A stretch of 64,000 nucleotides of DNA from Eledone cirrhosa (GCA_964016885.1 OZ024745.1:96224001-96288000); one strand, 5' to 3'; positions 12,790 through 25,542 are shown, numbered from the stretch's first letter. Translations and numbers: made by a program. Notes: a model not told the origin generated them from the letters alone.

Positions 12790-13130
12790 GCTAGCTTGCT
12801 TGTTATATGGAGCTGTAATCTCTCAATTCGGAGTAGTATTGACTCTAATGTCTTCAAGCTACGCATTCTATTGAGTAACGTTACTCCAAATACCCTTCGC
12901 AGGAACCCCATTTTGGCCGCTTGTGTTGGCAATCGTATTCTTTCGCTCATTATCCAAGATCCATGACCATGGGTAAGGATTGACATGAATACAAAATTGA
13001 AGATAGCGAGTTTGGCTTTTACACCTACCTCCCTTCTGATTACCGAATTACTGCATCAGTTCCTGTATTTCTTACACTTAATTCAGCCTCCTGTCTATCA
13101 TCACTCGTGAACATTGCCCCGAGATACTTA
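12790..13130 (-). mobile_element. RTE-like LINE fragment
   Basis: QAAKMGFLRRVFGVTLL..LLRIER; same family as 14520-14810 and 27205-27535. Confidence 0.7.
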
Positions 13131-13186
13131 TTCACACATACATACATACATCAAGTAAGTATGTTTTGAAACAGTGAGCGAGTTTG

Positions 13187-13399
13187 AAATTAGAAAATAT
13201 ATAGCTTTCACCGTATTTTTGACTAAAGGAATTTTTAGCTTGATAACGGGGTTTAGAACCCTCAGATAACTGGAAAAAGATGAGTATTGACGTACAGTAC
13301 GTCAATACTCATCTTTTTCCATTTATTTGAGGGTTCTAAACCCCGTTATCAAGCTAAAAATTCCTTTAGTCAAAAATACGGTGAAAGCTATATATTTTC

Positions 13400-13405
<6 letters not shown>
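13187..13405. repeat. Near-perfect 219-bp palindrome
   Basis: Arms of about 109 bp centred on a single base at 13296 (cgtac-a-gtacg), with few mismatches. Confidence 0.92.
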
Positions 13406-13445
<40 letters not shown>

Positions 13446-13491
13446 CATACATACAAAGTGTTAAAAGGATCAAATTTTAATTTAGAGCATT

Positions 13492-13544
13492 TATTAGCTG
13501 ACAATTGTTTCTTCCCGAGGGAAGTCTGGAATCATCGGAGCATA
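13492..13544 (-). ncRNA. Type I hammerhead ribozyme, relative of 10493-10546, with one core change
   Basis: tatgct-CCGAUGA-ttccagacttccctcgggaa-GAAAC-aatt-GUC-agc. Confidence 0.65.
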
Positions 13545-13834
13545 AGGAATGTCGAAAACGTGTAACTAGAATCCTACCTAGTCATTTAGAACATTTAGGG
13601 TATTTAGTTGTTATTAGTGTCAAAAGCATCATGTGGAGATTCAGGAGTTACAAAGATGTTCCGCTTGAAATGACACAATTACAGGCAGCACTGGTTGGAA
13701 GTGTAACAGGTATAAGTAAAAGTAAAAAGCACAAGCAAAAGAATCACAAGCAAAGAAGAAAAAAAACATAGGGAAAGAAGTTATAAGCAAGGACGATTGG
13801 TGTACAATGCAGGAGTCAATACAGTCAATGAGGC

Positions 13835-13903
<69 letters not shown>

Positions 13904-13928
13904 TTTGCTTTAACCTCTTCGTATAATA

Positions 13929-13973
<45 letters not shown>

Positions 13974-13993
13974 TTTAACCTCTTCGTATAATA

Positions 13994-14040
<47 letters not shown>

Positions 14041-14519
14041 ATATTATATATGTAAACAACTGTTGAAATGGCAAGAACTCAGTCCTGACTCTTTATAATA
14101 TAGCCATACTCTACTACCCCAAGTACCGATTGCTGAGTAATAGTCTAACTAATTTTAAACTGGTTATATCCATATATAATATGTCGGGCTCCCACACAGT
14201 TACATTAGCTAAATTTCACGAGTACAAGTGACTGATGGGGGATAATCATGCGCCGAACTGGAGTTTATGCCCAAAATGTATTTTGTACTCATGAAACGAA
14301 GTTAAGCTCTGTGCAAATCCAGAGTAAAATAGCTTCCTTTTGTGATAGCTGCCACTCAGGGGAGATAATTCATAGACTACTTTGCCTGTTCATTTACATT
14401 TAAATATTCCTTTAGCAGTGTTTTCAACTACTCTCGGGTCCCAAATAATAGGAGATGGGGAATCGGTAATTTGTTTTAGGTTGTCCCTTTAAAAAAAAAA
14501 AAAAAAATTTTATAAAGTA

Positions 14520-14810
14520 AATAGAATGCGTAGCTTGGAGATCAGAGAGCCGCTACTTCTCCGAATTGAGAGATCACAGCTCCGATACTAATGAGCATGT
14601 GGTTAGATGTCTCAAGAAAGAATCATGGGTAAAAACAACCGGCAAGAGACCTAGGGGTAGACCCTGAGTAAGATGGTTGGATAACATCTATGAGCTCGGC
14701 TGGTCTCGCTTAGGGATCCAGCCGGAGACGGTTGATTCGGACAGGACCCGCTAGAAGGAATGCTTGAGGGCTCTTCCCCCATGACCCACACAGGAATAAG
14801 TGGGAGAAGA
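14520..14810 (+). mobile_element. RTE-like LINE 3' fragment
   Basis: Matches 27290-27535 (ctacttctccgaattgagagatcaca). Confidence 0.65.
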
Positions 14811-15739
14811 AATGATTGTCTATGAAATATAGATTTAGATTCAGTTTATTTAGGAGAAATCGTATATATATATATATATTTCCGAATTTCTGAATTCACC
14901 CAAAACAATAAAACTCTCCCACAGAATCTTGATATTTAAAACATCTGTAATAAGTTTTAGTCATGATAAAAGTATAATCATTGTAAGACCCTCCATATTA
15001 CACGTAAACAATATTACACAAGAAATATGATTACGAACATACACTTTGACTAATGGCAATTCTGTGCCACGAAATTAAATTTTCGTAAGAGTTACCCCCC
15101 TTATTGATTTTCTCCATTAATGCAACGAACATTTTTGTTGTAGAAATCAGTAAATAACACTCATATCCCTGTGTGTGTATTTGTGTACGTTATACCTTAT
15201 ATACAAAATGTTGATTCAATGTCACCCTTATTCCTAATAATACCTATTATGGACCACCATAAGTTAGAGAAATCATTACTCTCTAAGACTGTTTGTACTG
15301 TGGTGCACATTGAGCTACCCTTGGTTCGAATAGTAGATAGGATTTATCTATGAGAAGAGTTTCTAGCTCCTGGATCATACTTTATCCATTCTGGAGAAAG
15401 GGACGCTGTGAGCAATCTACCGAGACATTTTTCAAGGTGTTGCATAGCAGGAGGAGTGGGAAGAAGAGAAGGAGGAAGAGACTGATACTTTATCAACCTT
15501 GAAAGGAGGAAAGGCAAAGCTGACTTCAGCTAGATTTGAACTTAGAACTAATACTGCAAAGCATTCGATCCAACACTAATGACTCTAAAAATTCGGTGCC
15601 TTGTTGTATTCATTATGTAAAATATACGATAAAAGCGAGAGAAAGAAAAAAAGGGAGACGAAAACAAAAACGACCATCAATTCACCACCAAGTGCAACAA
15701 TCGGTCACACACCACATCACAAAGGTCAATGGAAATTTT

Positions 15740-15912
15740 TGAGGCAAGCCAATACGCCTGCACCATTACCACGGGTGATGGCCAGCCTAAAAGCGCTGAA
15801 ACTTCTAAGTACCCTCACGGGAATCACCTGACACCTCGGTAAAGTGAGCCGCCAACGATGACAAGAACTTCGCTGTCAGCGGCCCAACTCTACCAAACGT
15901 CACAGGCTGGAA
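15740..15912 (-). mobile_element. Decayed CRE-like RLE fragment
   Basis: FQRF..AITRGNGAGVLACLK C-terminus and VGPLTAKFLSSLAA match the family. Confidence 0.65.
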
Positions 15913-16827
15913 ATGTTATAAAAAATATTTTAAACACGGTGGATTAGGATGTTGGTGATGAGTCAATTGTTACTTGGCGCTAATCGACACATCGCATTAT
16001 TGGAAAATGAATATGAAAAAAAGATTGTTAATTGTGCTGATTTTGATTTTATATGACAAAGCATAAACGATATCCAACTTACTCGTCTTGAGTCCTCCTC
16101 CTCTGCTTCTGGGTCACACCCAAGGGACATGTGTCGTTTTATCTATAACGAAAACAAAGTGGAGTTATAAAATATTTCGTTTGAAAAGAAATAAAATACA
16201 ATCAAACATTTTCGTCCCAAAGTTTATGCTAATTCTAGATAATTTTCTTTTAATCAAACTAACAAACATTTTATAGTATGACTTACACTAGTGAATTAGA
16301 AGAAGAATTAGTATTAAGGGATGAAGAGTACTCAAATAAAATTCATAGGTAATACGTAAATATTTTGTCTTTAATCAGAGCCGTGTAAAGCTTGCAACAG
16401 CCTCAGATCATATGTGAAATATGGGCCCCATTTCAACTGCTGATTGGAGTAGGCCGAATATAAACTTACGGTCATTTCAAATGAGACTAAACCTGAGACT
16501 GATGTGAAATGTAGGCACTATTTCAACTGGTGATAGGACTAAGAGAGACGTAAACCTTATTGCAACTGCTAATTAATTTTTTTTTAGTAATCAGTGCTAC
16601 ATACAAATAATTTGTATATAGCTTACAAACATATACGCGCGCCTGTAATGTCAATGCTGTATTTAAATGTTACAGAACAATAAAAGAACTAGAACGATTT
16701 TTAAAAGAAAGGTAATTTCATCACAGGCTCCCCTATACAAGAGGCGTAGAGCCCCTTAAAATCGTTAGTTACACACAACTGATCCACCTGACCATCTGTT
16801 TGTTCTGGCCTTAACTATCAACTATAA

Positions 16828-16965
16828 TAATTGTTTCTACTTTAGGCACAAGGCCAGTAATTTGAAGGGGTGGGGAAGTCGATTAAATCGACCCCCAGTG
16901 CACTACTGGTGCTTTATTTATCGATCCCGTAAGGATGAAAGGCAAAGCTAACCTCGGCGGGATTT
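16828..16965 (-). mobile_element. tRNA-derived SINE with a Deu/Nin-like central domain (most abundant family here)
   Basis: aattgtttctactttaggcacaaggcc..actggtactttattttatcgaccccgtaaggatgaaaggcaaag; other copies at about 11795-11912, 37715-37897, 45140-45270, 45970-46548, 52923-53062, 54162-54345, 56960-57120, 60235-60420, 61715-61866 and 62722-62850. Confidence 0.8.
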
Positions 16966-17689
16966 ATGATAATACGTTGTGTTTGAACACACACACACAT
17001 ATATTAGTTTGGTAGAAATATCCAAGGGTAAAAGCACTCAGGCTATAGAACGAGTTAAGTATATATATATTTATATATATATATATAAATTGGAGAAGTC
17101 AGCAAGATAAATTCATAAGAATTTTCTATATTTATTTTAGATATCCCGACTGCAGTTTCACAGTGTAAGACCAATATTAAACATCCTATTTACGATAGAT
17201 ATAACGACTATTTTCGAATTACAAGCCTTAGATGTGAACAGAATGAACTACGAAATGTGAACAATTTGAAACATTCCTACCCCCCCCCCCCCCCGTACAC
17301 AGAAATAACATCAAAGTTATTTGTTTAATTTTTTTTTAGTTTCGTTTAAATATAAAATTTACTTCACTTCAGTGAATAAAGGAACAAAGAATAAGATTAC
17401 TACAAATCATAAAAATTGACGGTGTTTTTGCTGTTATTTCGTTATGCTGAAATAGAGAGTGGCAAGAGATCCTTCGTTAGTAGTAGCAGCAAGGTAGTAG
17501 TCAAAGCCCAGTGACAAGAGAAGGTGATGTTTTCTTTGGGTAATAGAAACATTCCCTCGCGGCACCCACAGCAGCTTATTGGTTAATAAACACATCCACA
17601 AGGATATGAGCCGAACTCCCAATGCCATCGCCTCCATCTCTCTGTATGGTGAGCAAATGGAGTCCCACGTTCTGGCCTCCCCACCGCCC

Positions 17690-17885
17690 CGGCGGACAGA
17701 ATGGGGAAGGCGTTTCCCCAGAGGATAGAAAGGGAGATGCGCTGGAAGAGCCATTCCATCTTGCGAGACTCCGACCTGCGGCTGACCAGCTCAGCGCCTA
17801 TGGTGGTGAGTAGCGAAGTAGCCCTAGGGCCAATGACACCAGAAGTCTCCACTGCCAAGGGCACGACCGCATCTACTTCAAGTTT
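17690..17885 (-). mobile_element. CRE-like RLE fragment, divergent subfamily
   Basis: PLAVETSGVIGP..WLFQRISLSILWGNAFPILS. Confidence 0.7.
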
Positions 17886-18150
17886 ACTTTAATCTTCAAA
17901 TATTCGCTGTGTTCTAGTATAAATATTCATTAACAGCAGAACGTTTGATATTCTGGTCGGAACAGTAGCATCTTCTCACACCTTATTACAATTTCCAGCT
18001 TGAGATATTTCATTTTCATTTAATTTACATTAGACATTGATATGGTGCGGGTAAAGATCACAAATATCTTAAACCGCATCTTTTCCTTCTTAAAACCTAA
18101 CGTAATGTTTCAAATCAATTCAAGCTCCAATCATATATATATATATATAT

Positions 18151-18228
18151 ATTGCCTCGTCTGACGAATGAATGAAGACGCTTCTTTCGTATTCGCCTCA
18201 TTCGGGAAACCTCTGGTAATGAGGTAAT
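18151..18228 (+). ncRNA. Type I hammerhead ribozyme in a (TA)n-flanked cassette
   Basis: attgcctcgt-CUGACGA-long stem II-GAAAC-ctctg-GUA-atgaggtaat; 10-bp stem I pairs fully (2 G-U); base of stem II is mismatched. Confidence 0.7.
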
Positions 18229-18323
18229 TATATTGTATTGATTTTTATACATTAAATTTTGCTCTGATACTTACATAGAGCACTCTTCACTTCTATGACC
18301 TTTTCTGTTTTCAACGGAAATTT

Positions 18324-18369
<46 letters not shown>

Positions 18370-18959
18370 GGTGTCCCAAAATTGTATACACATTTATCAG
18401 AATGCTTTTGAAGCATGTATACATTTTTTTTTTGGGGGGGGGGGGGCAGTGAGTGAGTGAGTGAGTGAGTGAGTGAAAAGGTGAGTGACTGAAAATGTGA
18501 ATGAGAGAAAAGGTGAATGAGTGAGTGAGTGAGTGCGTGTGTGAGTGAGTGTGTGTGCGCGTGCGCGCGTTGACAGCTGAACGAAAAGATTATTTAATAC
18601 CGAAGCAGAGTTTTAATATTAATTTTATTAAGGCTGAATAGCGAGTCTTGTTACTCTGGAGTTTCGCCTGTTTGACACAGGGCCATCAAGCAAATGAATA
18701 CATATGAATATGGTATGGTATGGTATGGTATGGTATGGTATGGTATGGTATGGTGCCGTAACTCCTGATAGAGTCGTAGGGATGCTGTATTAACACACGG
18801 CGTTTCTTGGGCATTTTAAGCCTGGCGGAGCCCATCCCGCTCCAGGTCTGAGTACAGCAGATTTCTTACAGAGAAAGAAAGAAAGAGGGAGAGGGGAAAT
18901 GAGGAAGAATCGACCCCAGTACTAGACAGGTACCTTTTTTATCGACGTCATATATATAT

Positions 18960-19150
18960 ATAGGAAAAGAGTCAGGGCCCCGACGGCTCAGCTCCGAGCG
19001 TTTCGACAGCTAGATCTGAACGCTGTCGAAACGGCCAGAGCTCAGCAGTCGGGGTCCTGACTCTTTTCCTATTACCCACTCTACTACCCTAAGTATTGAG
19101 TACTTTGGTGCGTTATGTTCCACCTGGTTCCTTACCACACTTCCTTCGTT
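18960..19150 (+). mobile_element. Penelope pLTR-like repeat with an inverted 5' duplication
   Basis: Arms 18960-19010 and 19022-19072 form a hairpin; (TA)n on both sides. Confidence 0.6.
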
Positions 19151-19424
19151 TTATATATATATATATATCAGTTTAAAATATAATCATAGTGTAAACCACA
19201 ACTAAGCCCAGCTGAAGCTAGATGTGAAATCAACTAATGGCGTATCTGTTAAATATAAGTAAACAAAATATAATTTAATGCAGCATACGTTTATTGGGTT
19301 GCGGCCGTTTCAGCAATAGATCTGCTCTGAGTTGATTGCATCATGCAAATATTATACACCGATAATTGCACATCTAGCTTCAGCTGAACCTGGTGATTGG
19401 ATAGCTAAGTGCGAAAGTATATAC

Positions 19425-21290
19425 AAGGAATGCCTTCAACTCAGTCAGCCGCGACATCGTCCTCGTCTCAGTAAGAGAGAGAGAGAGAGTCCCACAACTC
19501 TACCACTTTGCTTGGCAGGCTTATCGGGAGCCCTCCTACCTCTCTTTCGGTGACCAGATCATCACCTCTTCCTCAGGAGTCCAACAGGGTGACCCACTCG
19601 GGCCAGCACTGTTTGCACTGGGTATTAATGACGTCACCAAGATGGGGGTTGAGTTGGACCTCAATGTCTGGTACCTCGACGGCTGTTTGGGGGGGGGGGG
19701 GACTCCGCATATGGTTCTCGCCACTGCCAACAGGATGGTGGAGGCGCTTGGTCGCCGGGTTCTCCAGATCAATAGCTCCAAATGTGAGCTCTGGATCCTC
19801 AACCATCCGGCTTCTCAACATCAACAGCTGATCGACCTGTTCGCAGAGTCCTTCCCTTCCATCGCGGTCACTCCCCGTCGGCTTGGTGATCCTTGGGAGC
19901 CCCAATCACAGACCTAGCCTTCGAGTCAACCTTCCAATCGAAGATGGTTGGCCTTGAGCAGATGCTGAGGAATATCGAAGTTATCGAACCCCATCAAGGT
20001 TTTTTCAGACTCAGGAACTACCTGTCTATTCCTAAGCTTCTGTATCTGCTCAGGGTCAGTTCCTCTCACAGATTTCCGTCCTGGCTCCAGTGCTTCGACG
20101 ACCTAATCTTCGAGAGACTCGAGTGTCTGGTCAATGTTATACTCTCTCCGGAGTCCCGTGATCAGGCTGCGTTGCCCAAGCGATTTGGGGGTCTTGTTCT
20201 TCGTAAGTGTTCGTCCTTGTCTTCCCTGCTTTCTTTCTTCCACCCACGCTTGCTGCATCCTGGTGAGCAGCATCCTCTCCTCTCCAACATGGACTAGTTC
20301 CAACAGGGAGTTGGGTGAAGCTCTCCAGCAATGGAGTGAGAAGGTGGAGGACAGTCGAAGTCAGAGAACTTGGGACAGCATAAGTTCGAAGGCCACCTTC
20401 GACTCCCTCTTCGTCCAGTCAGATCAGTTTGCAAGGTGCCGCTTACTATCTGCCAGCGCCAAATACTCAGACGACTGGGTCGATGCCCTATCCGTGGCCA
20501 ATGTTGGTGGCTTACTCAGCCTGGACGAACTTCGTGTCTCCATCGCCCTCAGAGTGGGAGCTGATGTCTGCATGGCTTTGAGGTGCCGATGCGGCAAACT
20601 CCTCGACTCCACAGGCCTCCACGGTCTTTTTTGTCGCCTGAATGCCGGCCGCTTCGCGTGTCACATGGAGCTGAACCTCATTCTGAAGAGAGCTTTGGCC
20701 CGGGCGAATATCCCCTCAGTCTTGGAACCATCTGGGTTGTCCAGAAGTGACGGCAAAAGACCTGACGGCCTTACCCTGTGCCCTTGGTCGGGAGGCAGGT
20801 ACTTTGTCTGGGACGTCACTGTTAGTGACTCTTTTGCTCTTTCCTACATCCTGGATGCTGCGGTTAGGACGAGAGCCACAGCTTCCGCAGCCGAGCGGAG
20901 TAAGACCCTCAAATACTCTGATCTGTCGGCCAGCTACATTTTTCAGCCTGTGGCTTTCGAGACGTTTGAGGGAGTCGGGCCGCTGACTGCGAGGTTCCTC
21001 TCTTCACTGGCGGCTCGCCTAATAGAGGTAACTGGCGAATCTCGCGAGGGCGCTTGGCTGTTTCAGCGCATTAGCCTCGCCATCAGCCGAGGCAACGCTG
21101 CGAGTGTGTTGGCTTACCTCAAAAGTCATTAGAGAGGTTGCTCAGTACTCCTCGCGACGTTGCTGTCTTTTGCTCTGGTGTTGGCTCGGTTATTCACCCC
21201 TTCCTTTACATTTTCTTTAATATTGTAACATTGAAGGAATATATCTTTCATTGTATCATCCTTTGTAGTGTTATCGAGGCATTTGTAGTG
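19425..21290 (+). mobile_element. 5'-truncated CRE-like retrotransposon (partial RT, zinc knuckle, RLE), frameshifted
   Basis: NAFNSVSR, GVQQGDPLGP, WYLD, CRCG..GLHGLFC, RPDG..WDVT..E..K..KY. Confidence 0.92.
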
Positions 21291-21739
21291 CGAAAGTTAG
21301 AGATAAAAACTAGATAAAAACTTCGAATGAAAGAATAAAAACTACGTTTTGCATATTTTTCGTCTTAGCTGTGTGGTTAAAAAGTTCTCTTCCCATCCAT
21401 GTGCATCCGGATTCAATCACATTGCATGGTATCTTGGACAAGCAGAAGCGTATCTAAAGGGGGGGGGGTCCTCCCCGGGCAACACTTTTATGGGGGTGGT
21501 GGCACTTTTTGGTCTGCTGTAGGCTATAAGCAATCTTTTAATGCTACAACATATAATAATTGTACACAGACTAGTTAATATATGATGGCACACTATCTCT
21601 CTCTCTCTCTCTAGTGTGTTACCTTTTCAACATATTGTATTTTAAAGAGCTCAGAATTCCTTTTCCTTTGAGCACATTATTGACAGGGAATAACGAGAGT
21701 CTATGCCTCCGTTAATTTATTGCGATATATATATATATA

Positions 21740-21870
21740 TGTAAAAGGTAAACAGAAATAACAACACAATCGGTACAGTATATGGAAGGGATATATTAGG
21801 TTAACGCTTAATATAGCAGGAAGAGGGTCTTCACGTTTCGGACGCTAGTCCTTCATCAGAAGAAACAATG
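21740..21870 (-). mobile_element. Penelope pLTR-like cassette with a minimal hammerhead (21828-21863)
   Basis: tctt-CUGAUGA-aggactagcgtcc-GAAAC-GU-g-aaga; adjacent to (TA)n. Confidence 0.6.
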
Positions 21871-22045
21871 AGATTGATGAGTTGTATGCTTTGTTGATGA
21901 TTATTCACCAAACAAAGTTATATATATATAGAGGAGAAAGTATAGTTTCTCCTATATACTTTCTCCTATTACCCACTCTACCACCCTAAGTATTGAGTAC
22001 TCTGGTGCGTTATGGTCCATCTGGTTCCCTACCACAACTCCTTCG

Positions 22046-22101
<56 letters not shown>

Positions 22102-23149
22102 ATAATAATAATAATAATGAAATTATTGTGTACAGTGCTCAGGTGCACTACAACTCATCAAAGGTGCATGTATAGTACATAGAATAATGAAAAGATTCAA
22201 GACCCAACTAATGTGATTTGGTGGCGGATTGAAGAGATCTTCAAAAGAGTGTTTTGGTGTGTTTGAATAAAAGGCATGGTTGGAAAATTCCACTACAGCT
22301 TTTATATGTGAAAGATATCTATACAAATTTTTCCTTGCGTGGTGATTTCTGTTTATGGGTAAGCAACAGCTTGTTTTTAATGACTGACGATTTGAAAAGA
22401 CTATGTAAATAAGGACTAATTTCTAGAATATATTTTATTATTCTTGTCCTCTGAATTCTAAATATAGAAGAGCCCGCATCAACTTCCTTATTCCGAACTA
22501 TATTGTTTAGTGTTATCAAACCTGCACTGATTTCCTCAGAGGTCTTCCCTATGTTCAGAATGACATATTTATAACATATTGGCGAAAATAATGTTGGGAT
22601 GAACCTCCTTTCTCATGATAACACATTTCTTTATCATCACCTCATAAACTTCCTTGAAGTGCTCAACAAAAGACTAATTTCAAGTTAATCCAGATTTCAG
22701 GGAATTAACATAAGAGTTCAATTTCATTCAATACATTTCACTTTCGATGTCTTGGAATTTTTGATGATTTGAAGATGTGCTCCTTTATAAATTATTTATA
22801 CAATATTATATAAATTTTAATTATACATTCGAGGATATTTTCTTTTTGTTCCTAAGTATGTTAATTACTTCTAAAATAATCATATTAAAGGAGTAACGGT
22901 GACAACCACTGAATAATTACTGTATATTAATATACGGACACTAATTGTTAATAAAGCCGTTAATATGTTTAATAGGAGATTTTGTGATGTTTGTTTGTGA
23001 GTTAAAATTCCGAGTAAAACCAAGTATCAGTTCATAGGATTGGATAGGCGGAATTGTAAGAGTGTCAGTCAAGGTGCCTTTTGCTTTCTAAACGAACATA
23101 GATGCATTAAATATTAGGAAATACTTTTTTTTGAGTCTCTGTAATATTT

Positions 23150-23195
<46 letters not shown>

Positions 23196-23473
23196 ATGTG
23201 TGTGTGTATACATATTAACATAGTGCTTAATAATATATTTACATATAAACATTTCATACAATTATTTTTATACATATAATCTATTAAAAATAGCAGCTAA
23301 ATCAGCCGCAAATCTTACTTCAAAAGGAATACAAATCGGTTAATGAAATTCTAGATACATGTTCGAAAAAAAAAAAAATAAATAAAAGACAGTGGTCATG
23401 CCATCAATTATAAATTTAATAGGAAGACTAAAGAACAAAAACACCAACAATAACAATAAATATTTCTACTTAC

Positions 23474-23614
23474 TACGTTTTTAAACGCTTTCAATTTTTC
23501 CATATAACTACGTTCCAAATATTTCCTTGTTCTTTTAGATTTCTCCTTTTTGTATTTTTTACAACAGTCGCTCATGGAGTCTTTTGATGCTTCACCAAAC
23601 AAAGAACTCGCCAT
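23474..23614 (-). CDS. Possible coding exon of an unknown lysine-rich small protein
   Basis: aaaaATGG start context, 47 open codons, consensus gtaagt donor at 23473; no recognised homology. Confidence 0.3.
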
Positions 23615-23769
23615 TTTTTTTAGTTAGCTGAGTTTGATTTGAAATTTGATAAATGGTGTATATTTGCAACTTAGATAATTTTTAAAATCAAAATGAATAA
23701 ATGTATGATAATACGAAAACAAAGAATTTACTTATCTCTTTGAATATAAAAAATTTAGAAAGAATAACT

Positions 23770-23960
23770 TTTTCTTAAAATATATGTATGTAGTTTTCTA
23801 CAGAACCTACAGAACTTTAACGCTATAACTGTTTCTTAAAATATATGTATGTAGTTTTCTACAGAACTTTAACACTATAACTGTTTCTTAAAATATATGT
23901 ATGTAGTTTTCTACAGAACTTTAACGCTGTAACTGTTTCTTAAAATATATGTATGTAGTT
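23770..23960. repeat. About 52-bp tandem repeat, 3-4 copies
   Basis: tttcttaaaatatatgtatgtagttttctacagaactttaacgctataactg. Confidence 0.85.
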
Positions 23961-24609
23961 TCCACAACATTTACGTCTATAAAATGTGTTGCCTAAAGCA
24001 ACACACTCCACCGTTTCTTTGGAAATAAAATAAGTGTACAAAGTCTTCTCGAATAATAATAAAATACTGCTAGAAATGTTAAACAATATGTACAATGGAA
24101 CATAAATGAATTGAATTTATAATACAATTGAAATAAATCAACGGAACCACATTGAACAAATGAAATGAAATTGCTTTTTTCCATCTGGTGTGGTTTATAA
24201 TAAATAAACAACTAAAACCAATGGACTTTCACCTGTGAACTTCTGACAATTCCTTCAAACCAATACTCTACCCTCCCTCTCTCAAATAATGGTGTTATTC
24301 TATAATAGTCGAATTTTGTTTACGGATTTGTACTAATATCGATTCCCCTTGATTCAGTACAATGGCATATTTTCAAGGGAGGGTGTATAGTGAAGTAAGT
24401 CAACTTTATTATATCATTATTGCGTGTTCAATCAACACTAACATGAGGAAAGACGAAGCAAACAACACCAGAATTTGAATTCAGAAAATAGAAGGATTAG
24501 ATTAACTATTGAGGGCGTTAAGACTAATTTAACATTTTTAGAAGGATAATGACTTAGGGGTGGTAAGTTTTCTGCTAACTTATATTGTATCCATATTGAA
24601 ACAAAATCA

Positions 24610-25476
24610 TCTATCTATATACTACTAAAACTCTGATCTTGCTTGCTTGCACACACTTTCTCTATATATATATGTTCATATTTGTGTATATACAGGTTGT
24701 CCCCCCAAAAAATGTATACCCACTTTGATTGCCTATACATGCATTATTTGTTAGGATGGTGTATACATTTTTAGGGACCCCGGTATATATATATATGGTG
24801 TCCCCGAAAAATGTATACACATTTTGATTACCTGTACAGGCAATATATATATTAGAATGGTGTATACATTTTTAGGGACCCCGGTATATAAATATATGGT
24901 GTCCCCGAAAAATGTATACACACTTTGATTACCTGTACAGGCAATATATATATTAGAATGGTGTATACATTTTTAGGGACCCCGGTATATATATATATGG
25001 TGTCACCGAAAAATGAATACACACTTTGATTACCTGTACAGGCAATATATATATTAGAATGGTGTATACATTTTTAGGGACCCCGGTATATATATATATG
25101 GTGTCCCCGAAAAATGTATACACACTTTGATTACCTGTACAGGCAATATATATATTAGAATGGTGTATACATTTTTTATAATACTAAAAGTCTGTGATTG
25201 ATTGCTTGCTTGCTTATCTGTAATGTAATACAGCCAAAAGGGCGCATAATGGGAAAATACTTTGAAAGGAAGTTGACCCTGAAATGGGAATACAAATGGA
25301 ACAAAACAAATTTCGCGTAAATCGGACCGCGGGTTCCCGACATATGGGGTTTTTCCTGGTGCCTTCGTAAACAAAGAGATAGAGAGAAAGAGATAGTGGT
25401 TGTGAGAGAGTAGATTGAAAGAGAGACAGAAAGAGGGAGACAGAGAATGAAAATGGAAGAGAGCTGGTGATGCTGT

Positions 25477-25542
<66 letters not shown>

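Noticed and set aside
19209-19390. Inverted repeat cagctgaagctagatgtg enclosing GAAACGGCCG on the minus strand, as a hammerhead
   Set aside because: No recognisable CUGANGA or NUH; kept only as a possible MITE or decayed pLTR
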